Shown here in pieces: positions 40,176-52,094 of a stretch of DNA of 64,000 bases. The DNA is taken from the NCBI GenBank assembly GCA_965140415.1, contig OZ223209.1, positions 5,088,001-5,152,000 of the forward strand. Direction: 5' to 3'. Below the pieces are notes generated by a model, which saw nothing but the letters and a program-made list of their open reading frames with translations, made no database searches and was not told the DNA's origin. How positions within the stretch are numbered: position 1 is the first letter of the stretch; each line of letters opens with the position of its first letter. The position numbers and the translations under genes are program-made. Origin of the DNA: Myxococcota bacterium. Its GTDB lineage: Bacteria; Myxococcota_A; SURF-8.

Positions 40176-40514
40176 CTATTCGCCCATGTAAATGTTGTCC
40201 TGGCAATAGGTCGATTCACAGTTCTCGAACTGATGGCAGTTCATGGCATCATAAGCGGCCTCTGCGCATTGCAGGCAAGACTCCGAACGGGTTTTAGGGC
40301 GCACGGAGCCTTTGCCGTGGGCGCATAACAGTACCTGCTCGGTTAGTTCTTCCGGCGTCATGTCGCTGTAGATTTCTTCCAGATCCTCGGACAGTCCGCA
40401 TTCGTCGATCAGCATAAAGCAGTATTTTTCCAGGGGGGTGGGACCGGAAGAGCCACAGGCAACAAAAACGCTGCATAGTATCAGGGTAAGGAGCGACAAC
40501 TGCAATACTCTCAT
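40176..40514 (-). CDS. Small Cys-rich lipoprotein (no DGD tract)
   Basis: GGAGA RBS; lipobox VAC; 8 further Cys. Confidence 0.75.
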   Translation of the reverse strand: MRVLQLSLLTLILCSVFVACGSSGPTPLEKYCFMLIDECGLSEDLEEIYSDMTPEELTEQVLLCAHGKGSVRPKTRSESCLQCAEAAYDAMNCHQFENCESTYCQDNIYMGE

Positions 40515-40671
40515 TGGGTAGTCTCCGCGTGAGGGTCCAGGTTCGTTGCGCCATCATACGCGCTGGCAGATTTCAGTCAAGCGGCGAGAATCTAAAAGCG
40601 AAAAAACACGAACAACACAAAGAATTACCCAACGTGGTTCGGTGATGTTTTGTAAGCAATGATGGGAATGA

Positions 40672-40701
40672 TTGACGGTTCTAGGAGCAGGATGCTAAAA
40701 T
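40672..40701 (+). promoter_or_regulatory. Sigma70-type promoter
   Basis: TTGACG-18 bp-TAAAAT with extended TG. Confidence 0.5.
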
Positions 40702-40772
40702 AACAGAATGTGTTCAAAGCAGGAAACCCTGTTTCATAACAGTGTGGCTGACACCTCGTTCAGGAGAGACAA

Positions 40773-43700
40773 ATGACAACGTTGACGAACCGGCCAGTAT
40801 GTTTGCGCCGAATGGTTCTTCCTTTTCTTTTGCTGTTAGTATTTGCCGCTACAACATTGCTTGCTGGCTGTGACGACAGCGGAGACGATGCCGCCGATGG
40901 CGACGGCGTGGATGGCGATCAGAGCGGCACGCAGGACGGCTTCGATTTGAAAACGGATTTCGGTCCGGCCAAGCGGGTGGCGATTTACTACGAGCACGAC
41001 GACACCGACCAGTGGAGCCAGGGCAAGCAGTATGCGGTTGAAGTGTACAACCTGGTGGGGCACTTCAACACCTCGGCGCGCATCATCAATGTCGATGATT
41101 ATTCCGAAGGCGATTTGGATAATTACGATGCGGTGATTTACCTGGGTACGCAATACGACTATCCGCTCTCCAATTCCTTCCTGCGCGATGCCTACAACAA
41201 CGAAGACGTTCCCTTCTTCTGGATCAATTCCAACATCTGGCAGTTCTTCTACACCGATGGCTGGGACGCGGAATCGCGTTTCGGCTTCAATTTCATCGAG
41301 ATTGCAGAGGAAGAACCTTTTAATCGCATCGACTATAAAGATGAAACCCTGCGCCGTCACGACGATGATATGTATGTCAACGTCATCGACGTGACCGACA
41401 GCAAATGCAAAACCTGGGCGACCATTAAAAAAAGCAGCGAATCGGGCAGCGACATTCCCTATGCCGTCCAATGCGACAATTTCTTTTATCTGGCGGACAA
41501 TCCCTTTACCTACCTGTTCACCGGCTATCTGGTGTTTGCGGATCTCTTGCACGAACTGTTGGACACCGACACAAAAACCAGTTTGCGGGCGGTCATACGT
41601 TTCGAGGATCTGGCGCCGGGTAACGTGGATAACGACAAGTTGCGCGAGCAGGCGGACAAGTTGCACGAACGCGGGATTCCCTTTTCGATGGGTGTGATTC
41701 CCGTGCACACCGATCCGGAAGGCGTGTGGGGCGATCCGGGCAAGACCGTCAAACTACATGAGGATCAAGATTTTATCGATACGATCAATTACATGATCGA
41801 CAAGGGCGGTGTGGTCAGTCTGCACGGCTACACGCATCAGTATGAAGGCATTACCGGGGTCGATTACGAATTCTGGGACGAAGTGGAAGACGCGCCGGTA
41901 CCGGATGATTCCTACGACTGGGCCTTGCAGCGCGTGGATGATGCCATCAGCGAATACGTTCAGGCCATGGGCGAGGAACCGATGGTCTGGGAGACGCCGC
42001 ACTATTCGGCCTCGCCTTCCGACTACTTCGCCATTGCTTCCCGCTTCAACCTGGTTTTCGAACGGGTGATGACCTTCGATAGCCTGCAAGTCGTCGAGCC
42101 GGGAGAAGCTCCCGATTTCAGCGATGTCACCTACAGTACGCAGGATTTCCCCTATCAGGTGTTCAATTCCTTCTACGGTTTCCGCATTCTACCGGAAAAC
42201 ATGGGTTATCTGGACGATCAGGACGACGTCGGCGAATACGGCATTCTGCCGAACCCGGAAGGTATCGAAACGTACGGCAGAATGTACAGCGTTGTGCGCG
42301 ATTCGGTGGTCTCCTTCTTCTACCATCACTGGCAGCCCTTCGACGATTGCCTGGATGCCATCGACCGACTGGAAGCGCTGGGTTATGAATTCGTGGACAT
42401 TCGCGAAATCGCCAACGAATACCCACCGGGCAGCGATCCGCAAACCAGCACGGATGGTGACACGGACGGGGACACGACAGATGGCGATACGACCGACGGC
42501 GACTTTACCAAGCCGGATGGCGACACCGTCGATGGCGACAGCACAGTCACGGATGGCGATCTTATTTTTCCGACGATTCCGAACAATTACGGCAATGGTA
42601 TAGGCGAAGCCTGTCCCAACGGACCGATCGATTGCCAGTGGACGCTTGGCTGTCATCTGGGTGTTTGCGGGAATTGCACCACTGCGGATGAGTGCCGAGA
42701 ATACGAAGGCTGCCTGGATAGCGGAGCCTGCGGTCGCTGCACCGCGAACAGTCAATGCCCCAGCGATCAAAGCTGCCGCGAAGGTTTCTGCACCGTATCC
42801 GTTCTGCCGCGCTGGGATATCGAAATCGCCCCGGAGGATCTCTCCACGATGCTGAACGACATCTGGGAAGACACCTATTTCCCAATCGTGCTGACGGTTG
42901 ACGGCAAACGCTACGACAACGGCGAGGAAATCCGTCCCTATGGGAATTCCTCGCGCATCTACCCGAAGAAATCATTCCGCATCAAGTTCCCTGAAGATGT
43001 GGATCAGCCCGGCTACTCGCGCAAGATCAATCTGCGCGCCGACTATAACGATCCGAGTTTTATGCGCACCTTCCTGGCGTATGAAACCTATCGACGCTTG
43101 ACCAACGTTCCCGCTCCGCGAGCGCGCTTCATCAAGTTGTACATCAACGGCGACTACCACGGGGTGATGATCGAAACGCAGCGCATCGGACCCAGTTTCC
43201 TGGAGGAGCATGGCCGCAACCGGAGCATGTCGTTGTACGAGGCGGAGGAAATCTACGATCCGGGCGCGATGCTGCCCTTGGACTCTACCGCCGAGTACAT
43301 GACGATCTACAACAAGAAAGCAGGCAACGACGAAGACTACAGCGACGTCAAGAGCCTGGTGGAGGATGTCATCTGGGCGGATTACGAGGATTCGAACTAC
43401 AGTTCGGAGGAAACCGTAACCACGCGCATTCGCAAGAACATCGACGTGCAGATGAAGATCGATTACCTGGCGTTACAGGCGGTAATTCAGAACATCGACC
43501 ACGTCTCGGCGGGTTTCCATTTCTCCTATCAATATGGTCCTCAGCAGACGATGCGCTGGGAATTCTACCCGCACGACGCGGATATCTCCTTTGGCTGTCA
43601 GTATGACGAAGAGGAGTTGAATGGAATCTGCGATGATATGTACGACGACGAATTCTACCTGCCGGGGATCATCCCGGAGGATATGGTGGCTGGTGAGGAA

Positions 43701-43988
43701 AGCGAATTGTGGATCAATCTGCTGATTCACCTGATCTTCCGCGATTCGGAATTGCGGTCTATTTACGATCGTCGTATCTGCGAAATGCTCGACAGCGACT
43801 ACTGGAATGTGGATCTACCCAAGATGATCGATGCCTTTGTGGAAACGCTGGCGGATTCCGTGGTGCTGGATGAAAACGATATGAACGATTCGCGCGCCGA
43901 TTTCGAAGCCGCCGCAGAGGAAATCAAAACCTTCCTTGGCGACCGCAAGGATTTCTTGCAAAACAACTCTTACATCACCTGCCCGTAA
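40773..43988 (+). CDS. Lipoprotein fusion: DUF2334/polysaccharide deacetylase-like domain + DGD linker + Cys-rich + CotH kinase domain
   Basis: Lipobox LAGC; IRFEDL, LHGYTHQY, WETPHY, FFYH; then GNSS..PKKSFRIKF, LRADYNDPSFMR, PAPRA..LYINGDY.GV, HDADISFG. Confidence 0.87.
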   Translation: MTTLTNRPVCLRRMVLPFLLLLVFAATTLLAGCDDSGDDAADGDGVDGDQSGTQDGFDLKTDFGPAKRVAIYYEHDDTDQWSQGKQYAVEVYNLVGHFNTSARIINVDDYSEGDLDNYDAVIYLGTQYDYPLSNSFLRDAYNNEDVPFFWINSNIWQFFYTDGWDAESRFGFNFIEIAEEEPFNRIDYKDETLRRHDDDMYVNVIDVTDSKCKTWATIKKSSESGSDIPYAVQCDNFFYLADNPFTYLFTGYLVFADLLHELLDTDTKTSLRAVIRFEDLAPGNVDNDKLREQADKLHERGIPFSMGVIPVHTDPEGVWGDPGKTVKLHEDQDFIDTINYMIDKGGVVSLHGYTHQYEGITGVDYEFWDEVEDAPVPDDSYDWALQRVDDAISEYVQAMGEEPMVWETPHYSASPSDYFAIASRFNLVFERVMTFDSLQVVEPGEAPDFSDVTYSTQDFPYQVFNSFYGFRILPENMGYLDDQDDVGEYGILPNPEGIETYGRMYSVVRDSVVSFFYHHWQPFDDCLDAIDRLEALGYEFVDIREIANEYPPGSDPQTSTDGDTDGDTTDGDTTDGDFTKPDGDTVDGDSTVTDGDLIFPTIPNNYGNGIGEACPNGPIDCQWTLGCHLGVCGNCTTADECREYEGCLDSGACGRCTANSQCPSDQSCREGFCTVSVLPRWDIEIAPEDLSTMLNDIWEDTYFPIVLTVDGKRYDNGEEIRPYGNSSRIYPKKSFRIKFPEDVDQPGYSRKINLRADYNDPSFMRTFLAYETYRRLTNVPAPRARFIKLYINGDYHGVMIETQRIGPSFLEEHGRNRSMSLYEAEEIYDPGAMLPLDSTAEYMTIYNKKAGNDEDYSDVKSLVEDVIWADYEDSNYSSEETVTTRIRKNIDVQMKIDYLALQAVIQNIDHVSAGFHFSYQYGPQQTMRWEFYPHDADISFGCQYDEEELNGICDDMYDDEFYLPGIIPEDMVAGEESELWINLLIHLIFRDSELRSIYDRRICEMLDSDYWNVDLPKMIDAFVETLADSVVLDENDMNDSRADFEAAAEEIKTFLGDRKDFLQNNSYITCP

Positions 43989-44018
43989 GGGTAAGGGGTG
44001 GGGGATTCTTGAACGTGA

Positions 44019-44046
44019 GACGGGCCGGTCATTTGACCGGCCCGTT
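44019..44046. terminator. Hairpin between convergent genes
   Basis: GACGGGCCGGTCA-TT-TGACCGGCCCGTT. Confidence 0.7.
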
Positions 44047-44164
44047 GTGTTGTAACCCATTGTGATTTTGGCGATTTATCGGATCATGTTGTAGGTTGGG
44101 CAAATGTCTTGCCCGACATTTCCGATCAGCGTCGGGCAAAACTTTGCCCGACCTTTGCCTACCC

Positions 44165-45487
44165 CTATTCGCCTTTATTCTGGTTGCGCTCGATGCGCTT
44201 GGTGATGTTCATCGCGCAGAATTTCGGCCCACACATCGAACAGTATTCCGACGATCCGTGCTCTTTCATCTCCAGGCTCTGCTCGCGGAAGTCACGCGCG
44301 CGTTCGGGGTCCATGGCCAGACGGAACTGCTCGGGCCAGTCGAAGCGATAGCGTGCCGCCGAGAGTTTATCGTCCCAGTCGCGAGCACCGGGGCGGCCAT
44401 TGGCGATATCCGCAGCATGCGCCGCGATACGGTAGGCCATAATGCCCTCGCGCACGTCGTTGGGGTCGGGCAGTCCAAGGTGTTCCTTGGGAGTGACGTA
44501 GCAGAGATAGCTTGCCCCGCTCCATGCCGCGATCGAAGCGCCGATGGCGCTGGTGATATGATCGTAACCCGGCGCAACGTCGGTGACGAGCGGTCCCAGT
44601 ACGTAAAAAGGCGCACCCTTGCAGATTTCCTGCTGCATCTGAACGTTGCGCTGAACGTCGTTCATCGGCACGTGGCCCGGTCCTTCGACCATTACCTGAA
44701 CGTCTTTCTTCCAGCAGCGCTGGGTCAGTTCTCCCAGAATTTCCAGCTCTGCAATCTGCGCCTGGTCGGTAGCATCGGCCAGACAGCCGGGGCGCAGGCC
44801 ATCGCCTAACGACATGGTCACATCGTAGCGCGCCGCGATATCCAGGATCTTGTCGAAATGGACGTACAGGGGATTTTCCTGCTTGTGATGCGTCATCCAT
44901 TCGGCCATCAGCGAGCCGCCACGGCTGACGATGCCGGTCACGCGCTGGGCGGCCAACGGCACGAAATCCTTCAACAATCCGCAGTGAATGGTCATGAAAT
45001 CCACGCCCTGCTTGGCCTGCTCTTCAATCACATTCAGCATATGCTCGATGGTCAGTTCTTCGGTTTTATCAACCATTTCAATGGCTTGGTACAGGGGCAC
45101 GGTACCAACCGGCAGCGGGCTATCCTTGATGATCGCCTTGCGGATTTCATTGATGCTCGGACCGGTGGAAAGATCCATTACGGTGTCGGCGCCGTAGCGG
45201 ATGCAGTTGTCTAACTTCGCCAATTCACAGGTGATATCCGAACAGAGCGCACTGTTTCCGATATTGGCGTTGATCTTGACGGTGCAGCAGCGGCCAATGC
45301 CAATCGGTTTCAGGCTTTTATGGTTGATATTGGCGGGGATCACCATCCTTCCGGCGGCTAGTTCCTCGCGGATCTTTTCTGGCGGGAGATTCTCGATCTC
45401 GGCCACGGCGCGCATTTCATCGGTAATGATCCCTTTACGGGCATAGGATAAAAGGGTGTTGTTTTCGCCATTATAACTTCTGGTCAT
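44165..45487 (-). CDS. thiC: Phosphomethylpyrimidine synthase ThiC (short form)
   Basis: [73 protein letters not shown] before ATG 45487. Confidence 0.96.
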   Translation of the reverse strand: MTRSYNGENNTLLSYARKGIITDEMRAVAEIENLPPEKIREELAAGRMVIPANINHKSLKPIGIGRCCTVKINANIGNSALCSDITCELAKLDNCIRYGADTVMDLSTGPSINEIRKAIIKDSPLPVGTVPLYQAIEMVDKTEELTIEHMLNVIEEQAKQGVDFMTIHCGLLKDFVPLAAQRVTGIVSRGGSLMAEWMTHHKQENPLYVHFDKILDIAARYDVTMSLGDGLRPGCLADATDQAQIAELEILGELTQRCWKKDVQVMVEGPGHVPMNDVQRNVQMQQEICKGAPFYVLGPLVTDVAPGYDHITSAIGASIAAWSGASYLCYVTPKEHLGLPDPNDVREGIMAYRIAAHAADIANGRPGARDWDDKLSAARYRFDWPEQFRLAMDPERARDFREQSLEMKEHGSSEYCSMCGPKFCAMNITKRIERNQNKGE

Positions 45488-45797
45488 CGATCTTCTCCTT
45501 TGTTCCTGTGGCACGCCCAGTAGCGGCCCGGACCTTGTTGTAACGCCAGCGATTCTGCTTGTAAAGGGATTTTGGCAACGGAAATCACATGAAAAAAACC
45601 AACATGTTGAAATCATCGCCTTTCTTGGTGAAATAAGGTATACTAAAAAGGCGATTTTGAATACTCACGTGGAAGAAGCAGTAGGTGAATTTACGGTTGT
45701 GTAAGCAGCACTCTTCCATGTTGGGCCGTCATAAAATTACCGGGTGTGCTTTGCCGAGATCTAGGGCCGGATCTCAGCGAACATATGGGAGGATGTG

Positions 45798-48700
45798 ATG
45801 AAGGGCAGTTTTGTTTGGAAATCGTTTGTATGTTGCGTGCTGATCATCGGATGGACGGCCTCGGCTCAGGCTGTGGATGTGTGCAACACCGACGCGGATT
45901 GCGAAAGCGATCTGTATTGTACCGAAACCTGCGATCCGAGCAATCCGGAAGCAGATGCAAAAGGCTGTGTGTTGGCCGATAGCTGCGACGACAGCATCGA
46001 CTGCACCTACGATTACTGCATCGATGCTTCGATGACCTGTCAGAATCTGCCGGTCGATGCCAACTGCCAGGACGGTCAGTACTGCAACGGCGCAGAGATT
46101 TGCAGCGCGACGCTGGGTTGTATCGATGGTCCCGACCCCTGCTCGGATGCTTATGCCTGCACCGACGATTGCGACGAGGATACCGACACCTGCCCCTATA
46201 CACCCAATGATTCTCTATGCGACGACAGCAACACCTGCACCGCTCCCGATAGCTGCTCGCCCGGTTCGCCCGGCACGGATGCGGATGGCTGCCTGTTTAC
46301 TGCCGTGGAAGATGGCACGAACTGCGAACTCGATGGCGGCGGTTCGGGAGCCTGTTTAGGCGGTGAATGCTTCGATGGCTGTATTAGCGATGCCAACTGC
46401 GACGACGGCATTCCCTGCACGGAAGATCTGTGCAACCTGAATACGTTGACCTGCTACTTTGTAAACTCCGATGCAGCTTGCGATGACGATGTATTCTGTA
46501 ATGGTGCGGAAAGTTGCGAGCCGAGCAATCCCGGTGCGGATGGAAACGGCTGTGTGGCGGGAAGCGATCCCTGCGACGACGGCGCAAGCTGCACGAGCGA
46601 CTCTTGCGAGGAATCGACGGACAGTTGCACCAACACTCCCGACGATGGCGAGTGCGATAACGAAATCTTCTGCGACGGTGAAGAAACCTGCGATCCGACG
46701 AATCCGTCATCGGGTGGTGATGGTTGCGTGGCGGGAAGCAATCCCTGTCTCGATAGCTACGCCTGCACCGTCGATGAGTGCGATGAGGGCAACGATAGTT
46801 GCAGCAACACTCCCAGCGATGCTTACTGTGACAACGAACAAGCCTGCGATGGCGAAGAAACCTGCGATCCGAGCGATCCCAGTGCCGGAGTGGATGGCTG
46901 CCTGGACGGATCGTCACTGAATTGTAACGATGGAATCTCATGCACCGTCGATAGCTGTGACGATGCTTCGGGCTGCATCAATGCGCCCGATCATGCCTTC
47001 TGCGATGATTTGGACCCTTGTACAACGGACTCCTGCGATACCGTGTTGAACTGCGTGAATACACCGCTTGCAGATGGCTCACGCTGCGAAGCGCCGGAGC
47101 AGTCGCCCAAGGTCTGCCAGGACGGCGTGTGCGTGGCGGCCTGTACAACCAATCAGGATTGCGATGACGGCATCGCCTGCACCACCGATATCTGCGATGG
47201 AGAAACGCTGCTTTGCTCGCATACCCCAAACAACAATGTCTGTAACAACAGCGATCCCTGCGACGGCGTGGAAGTCTGCAACCCGGACGATCCTGGTTCC
47301 GATGGCAACGGCTGTGTGGCCGGTCAGGATCTGGATTGCGACGATGGCGTGGATTGTACAACGGACAGTTGTACTCCCGGAGTCGGTTGTTCAAACGAAG
47401 CGGACGATTCTTACTGCGACGACAACAACGTGTGCAACGGATCGGAAACCTGCGATGCCGTGCAGGGCTGCCTGGCCGGAACGCCGTTGAATTGTGCCGA
47501 TGCGTTCGATTGCACTGCGGATAGTTGCGATATGGCGTTGGGCTGTCAGCATACGCCAAACGATGCCGTTTGTGACGACCACACGTTCTGCAATGGAGTG
47601 GAAACCTGTAGCGTTTCCCTGGGTTGTGTGAATGGCACTCCCCCGAGCTGCGACGATGGCGTGGCCTGTACCGTGGATAGCTGCAATACTTCCAGCGATA
47701 GCTGCGACAACGAGCCGTCGAATACGTATTGTAACGACGATGCCTATTGCAACGGCGTGGAAACCTGTTCTCCCGAATCGCCGGGAGCCAATGCGCAGGG
47801 TTGTTTGGCGGGCACAGCACCCGATTGCAGCGACAGCATAAGCTGCACCGTCGATAGCTGCGATGAACCCAGTGATACCTGCGTGCATGAGGCGGATCAC
47901 TCCGCCTGCGATAACGGCCTGTATTGCGATGGCTATGAGACCTGCGACGAAACGCTTGGCTGCCAGGACGGCATCGCCGTGTTCTGCTCGGACGATGGTT
48001 TCTCCTGCACCCAGGAGACTTGCGACGAAGAAAGCGACAGATGTATCTCGACGCCTATCGACAGCAGGTGCAACAACAATCAATATTGCGATGGCGAAGA
48101 AACCTGTGATCCAACGAATCCGGCGCATGCCACGAATGGTTGTGTGGCGGGAGAGGACATCGATTGTGCCGACGAGTACAGTTGCACCATCGATGGTTGC
48201 GACGAGCAACTCGATAGCTGCGTACATGCGCCGGACAATAGCGTCTGCAACAACAACCTGTTCTGTGACGGCGTGGAAGTCTGTAACCCGGATGATGGCT
48301 CCGCCGATGGAAACGGGTGCGTAGAGGGCACACCGCCCGATTGCGACGACGGTATCGATTGTACGCTGGATGAATGCAACAACAACATCGGTTTCTGCGT
48401 GTATACGGGGCGAAACGAACTCTGCGACAACGGGCTGGATTGCGATGGCGCGGAAATCTGCGATACCGAATTGGGTTGCGTCGATGGCATCGCGGTGAAC
48501 TGCAATGATGATGTCGGATGTACGCGGGATAGCTGCCAGGAATCGGCCCTGGGACCGAACTGCGTAAACGAGCCCTTCGACTCGGATTGCAGCGACGGGC
48601 AGTACTGCAATGGTCAGGAAACCTGCGATCCGGTGAGGGATTGTCAGGACGGCGAGAGCATTGTCTGCACGGATGGCGTTGCCTGCACGGTGGATGAATG

Positions 48701-51700
48701 CGACGAAGAGCAGGATCAGTGCACGTATACACCCGATGACGGCTTGTGCACGGAAGATCCGGGTGTCTGCCGCACACTGGTCGGCTGCGACCCGGATGAC
48801 GGCTGCATGTTCGCCAATCGCCCGGACGGAGAAACCTGCGATGTAAATCCGGAAGAGCCGGAAATCTGTCAGAACGGAGTGTGCGTGCCCGGCTGTCAGG
48901 CGGCTGAAGACTGCGACGACGGTATCGAATGTACGCTCAATACCTGTGTGGATAACTGGTGCGTGTTCGTGCCGCAGAACGAGTTATGCCAGGATGATAG
49001 CTACTGCAATGGCGCGGAAGTCTGTAGCGCGGTGTCGGGTTGTATCGCCGGTTCGGAGCCGGACTGCGATGACGAATTGGTATGTACGCGCGATCAGTGC
49101 AACGAAGCGATCGATGGATGCGAGCACATTCCCGAAAACAGTTGGTGCAACGACGGGCTGTACTGTAACGGTGTGGAAATCTGCGATCCCCAGGACGTGG
49201 AGCACGATGAAAACGGTTGCGTGCCCGGTACGGCGATCGTGTGCGAAGATGACGGCATCGATTGCACCGAGGAAGAATGCTCCGAAGATTCCCATGCCTG
49301 CGAGCATATTGCAAACGATGAGCTCTGTTCCGACAACCAGTTCTGCACCGGCGTGGAAATCTGCCATCCGGTCGATGGCTGCCAGCCGGGAGCCTTGCCT
49401 AATTGCAGTGATGACGTGGATTGCACGGTGGACAGTTGCGATTCGCAGAGCGATAGCTGCGTACATGAGGCGAGCGATGCCTTGTGCAGCGATAATGTGT
49501 TCTGTAACGGAGTTGAAATCTGCGACGAGCAGACCGGTTGCCAGGACGGACCCGACCCAAGCTGTGAAGACGGTGTGGATTGCACCGTGGATCGCTGCGA
49601 TACGGAAAGCGACACCTGTGCCAATGAACCGGACGACAGCGCCTGTGACGATCTGGATTACTGCACCGGCGTGGAAACCTGCGATGTATCGCAAGGTTGC
49701 GTGAGCGGCACGGCGGTGACTTGTGACGACGGTTTCTCCTGTACGACCGATACCTGTAGCACGGAGCTGGCGCGTTGCGTGTATACCCCGGAAAATAGCG
49801 CCTGCGATAACGACGCGTATTGCGACGGTGTGGAAACCTGCGATCCCGAGAATCCCGGTCACGATGACAATGGCTGCGTTCCCGGTACGGATGTCGTTTG
49901 CGAAGATGCCTTTACCTGTACACAAGATCGCTGCGATGAAGACACGGATCAGTGCGCGTTCGATCCGGTAGACGCCAACTGCGCCAACGCTTTCTATTGC
50001 GATGGTGCGGAAACCTGCGATCCGCAGAATCCCGCTGCGGCGGCTGATGGCTGCGTACCGGGAACGGATCCCTGCGACGATGGCTTCGCTTGTACCGCAG
50101 ACAGTTGCGACGAACCGACGGACGTCTGCACGAATACGCCGCAGGACAGCGCCTGCGACGATACCCTGTATTGCACCGGCGCGGAGAGCTGCGACCCGCA
50201 GAATGGAAGCGCCGACGAATTCGGTTGCGTGGCGGGTACGCCGCCAGATTGCGCCGACGGCATCGCCTGCACAGTGGATGACTGCTCCAACGAATCGTCG
50301 TCTTGTACGCATACACCCGACGATTCCGCCTGCGCGGACGAGTTCTACTGCAACGGCGTTGAAATCTGCGATGCGCAGACCGGCTGTCAGGACGGCCCCG
50401 ACCCGGATTGCTCGGATGCGTTTAGCTGCACCGTGGATAGCTGCGATGAGGCGAACGATGAGTGCGTACATGAGCCGGTCAATTCCTCCTGCGATGACGG
50501 CGTATACTGCAACGGCGATGAAGTCTGCTCGACGACGCAGGGCTGTGTCACCATCCAACGCAACTGCTCCGACGGTGTGGATTGTACCGAGGATAGCTGT
50601 GTAGAGAATGAGCAGCGTTGCGAACACACGCCGCAGGATTCCGAATGCGACGACGACAATCCCTGTACCGCGCCGGATGTCTGCGATTTACAGGAAGATT
50701 GTCAGACGACCGTGTTACAAGATGGCACCACCTGTGACATCGATCCGACGAAGGTTGAAACCTGCCAGCAGGGTGAGTGCGTCCCCAACTGCGTTGAACA
50801 CATCGACTGCGACGATGGTCAGGACTGCACCACGGATACCTGCAATTCCTCCGGCGTGTGCGAGTACCAGCGCAATGATGATCTCTGCAACGAAGGACGC
50901 GCCTTCTGCGATCCGATCTACGAATGTAAGCCCTTTACCGGCTGCGTGGCGGGCGATCCGCCGGACTGCAACGATGACATCGCCTGCACCATCGATGAGT
51001 GCGATACGCAGCAGCAGGCTTGCGTACATACACCAGACGATACCGCCTGTGATGACGGCAAGGTCTGCACCGTGGACAGCTGCGATGACGTCGATGACTG
51101 CCAGCATGATCCGGTTGCGGACGATACCCCCTGCGATGTCGATCCCACCCGCGTGGAAAGCTGTCAGAACGGTCTATGCGTGGCGGATTGCCTGGAAGAT
51201 GAGGATTGCGACGACGAGCAGGAATGCACCACGGATAGCTGCTCGGCGCAAGGCGTTTGCGAATTCGAACCGGATCACGATTCGTGTAACGAAGGCTTGA
51301 CCGCCTGCGATACGCCGTATGTCTGCATTGCGTTTGAGGGCTGCGTGGAAAGCGATCCGATCGATTGCGACGACGATGAACCCTGCACCACCGATACCTG
51401 CGACGATACGCTGGGCTGTCAGTACGAGGCGCTGCCGGATGGCACCATCTGTGATGATGGCTGGGTATGCGATGCGGGCGTGTGCGTGGAAGCCTCGCTA
51501 GACGGCGACCTGGAAATGGATATCGACTTGCCACCGGATGGCGATATGGAACGCGATTCGGAAGGCGAACAACCACCGGATGGCGACGAAGATCTGGATC
51601 ATGATACAGAACTTGATATCCAGCCGGATGGCGATGCGGATGCCATTGAAGAACCGGAAAAGGATGTGGTCGTTGTCGACGGTGACGAGGAGCAAGCGGG

Positions 51701-51944
51701 CGATATCGATGCGGTTGTCGATGGCGATGAAATCCCCGCCGATAGCGATTTTACAATCGACGGCGATGAAGATGCGTCCATCGATGGCGATACGGAAAGC
51801 ACCGTGGACGGCGATGACAATGGCGATGGTGGCGGTTGCAGTTGCAACGGCTCGGCCTCGACGCCGCAGGGCTTATTGCTTATGGCATTGGCCTTACTGG
51901 CAGCCTGGATGCGTCGCCGAATGCACGGACGCTTAGGTGAATAA
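45798..51944 (+). CDS. Giant secreted Cys-rich repeat protein with DGD tract and MYXO-CTERM sorting signal
   Basis: Sec signal (ASAQA); roughly 30-35 CDDG..CT.D.C units alternating with CNG.ETCD; C-terminal GGGCSC + TM + RRR. Confidence 0.9.
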   Translation: MKGSFVWKSFVCCVLIIGWTASAQAVDVCNTDADCESDLYCTETCDPSNPEADAKGCVLADSCDDSIDCTYDYCIDASMTCQNLPVDANCQDGQYCNGAEICSATLGCIDGPDPCSDAYACTDDCDEDTDTCPYTPNDSLCDDSNTCTAPDSCSPGSPGTDADGCLFTAVEDGTNCELDGGGSGACLGGECFDGCISDANCDDGIPCTEDLCNLNTLTCYFVNSDAACDDDVFCNGAESCEPSNPGADGNGCVAGSDPCDDGASCTSDSCEESTDSCTNTPDDGECDNEIFCDGEETCDPTNPSSGGDGCVAGSNPCLDSYACTVDECDEGNDSCSNTPSDAYCDNEQACDGEETCDPSDPSAGVDGCLDGSSLNCNDGISCTVDSCDDASGCINAPDHAFCDDLDPCTTDSCDTVLNCVNTPLADGSRCEAPEQSPKVCQDGVCVAACTTNQDCDDGIACTTDICDGETLLCSHTPNNNVCNNSDPCDGVEVCNPDDPGSDGNGCVAGQDLDCDDGVDCTTDSCTPGVGCSNEADDSYCDDNNVCNGSETCDAVQGCLAGTPLNCADAFDCTADSCDMALGCQHTPNDAVCDDHTFCNGVETCSVSLGCVNGTPPSCDDGVACTVDSCNTSSDSCDNEPSNTYCNDDAYCNGVETCSPESPGANAQGCLAGTAPDCSDSISCTVDSCDEPSDTCVHEADHSACDNGLYCDGYETCDETLGCQDGIAVFCSDDGFSCTQETCDEESDRCISTPIDSRCNNNQYCDGEETCDPTNPAHATNGCVAGEDIDCADEYSCTIDGCDEQLDSCVHAPDNSVCNNNLFCDGVEVCNPDDGSADGNGCVEGTPPDCDDGIDCTLDECNNNIGFCVYTGRNELCDNGLDCDGAEICDTELGCVDGIAVNCNDDVGCTRDSCQESALGPNCVNEPFDSDCSDGQYCNGQETCDPVRDCQDGESIVCTDGVACTVDECDEEQDQCTYTPDDGLCTEDPGVCRTLVGCDPDDGCMFANRPDGETCDVNPEEPEICQNGVCVPGCQAAEDCDDGIECTLNTCVDNWCVFVPQNELCQDDSYCNGAEVCSAVSGCIAGSEPDCDDELVCTRDQCNEAIDGCEHIPENSWCNDGLYCNGVEICDPQDVEHDENGCVPGTAIVCEDDGIDCTEEECSEDSHACEHIANDELCSDNQFCTGVEICHPVDGCQPGALPNCSDDVDCTVDSCDSQSDSCVHEASDALCSDNVFCNGVEICDEQTGCQDGPDPSCEDGVDCTVDRCDTESDTCANEPDDSACDDLDYCTGVETCDVSQGCVSGTAVTCDDGFSCTTDTCSTELARCVYTPENSACDNDAYCDGVETCDPENPGHDDNGCVPGTDVVCEDAFTCTQDRCDEDTDQCAFDPVDANCANAFYCDGAETCDPQNPAAAADGCVPGTDPCDDGFACTADSCDEPTDVCTNTPQDSACDDTLYCTGAESCDPQNGSADEFGCVAGTPPDCADGIACTVDDCSNESSSCTHTPDDSACADEFYCNGVEICDAQTGCQDGPDPDCSDAFSCTVDSCDEANDECVHEPVNSSCDDGVYCNGDEVCSTTQGCVTIQRNCSDGVDCTEDSCVENEQRCEHTPQDSECDDDNPCTAPDVCDLQEDCQTTVLQDGTTCDIDPTKVETCQQGECVPNCVEHIDCDDGQDCTTDTCNSSGVCEYQRNDDLCNEGRAFCDPIYECKPFTGCVAGDPPDCNDDIACTIDECDTQQQACVHTPDDTACDDGKVCTVDSCDDVDDCQHDPVADDTPCDVDPTRVESCQNGLCVADCLEDEDCDDEQECTTDSCSAQGVCEFEPDHDSCNEGLTACDTPYVCIAFEGCVESDPIDCDDDEPCTTDTCDDTLGCQYEALPDGTICDDGWVCDAGVCVEASLDGDLEMDIDLPPDGDMERDSEGEQPPDGDEDLDHDTELDIQPDGDADAIEEPEKDVVVVDGDEEQAGDIDAVVDGDEIPADSDFTIDGDEDASIDGDTESTVDGDDNGDGGGCSCNGSASTPQGLLLMALALLAAWMRRRMHGRLGE

Positions 51945-52000
51945 GGTTGCAATTTCGGGGTAAGAATTACCCCAAGCTGTTTCCGCGAAACGATACTCAC

Positions 52001-52035
52001 GCAAGAGCAGGGCTTTCGTCCTGCTCTTGCCTTTT
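52001..52035. terminator. Rho-independent terminator between convergent genes
   Basis: GCAAGAGCAGG-GCTTTCGT-CCTGCTCTTGC followed by CTTTT. Confidence 0.75.
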
Positions 52036-52094
52036 GTCTTCAAAGGATTCACTTTTTTATTTCCCCTTACTCGCCCTTTTCCCACACCACGAAC

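Noticed and set aside
45752-45779. GCTGAGA on the minus strand upstream of thiC as a TPP riboswitch
   Set aside because: It forms a simple local hairpin (GCTGAGATC...GATCTCGGC) and lacks the other conserved TPP elements.
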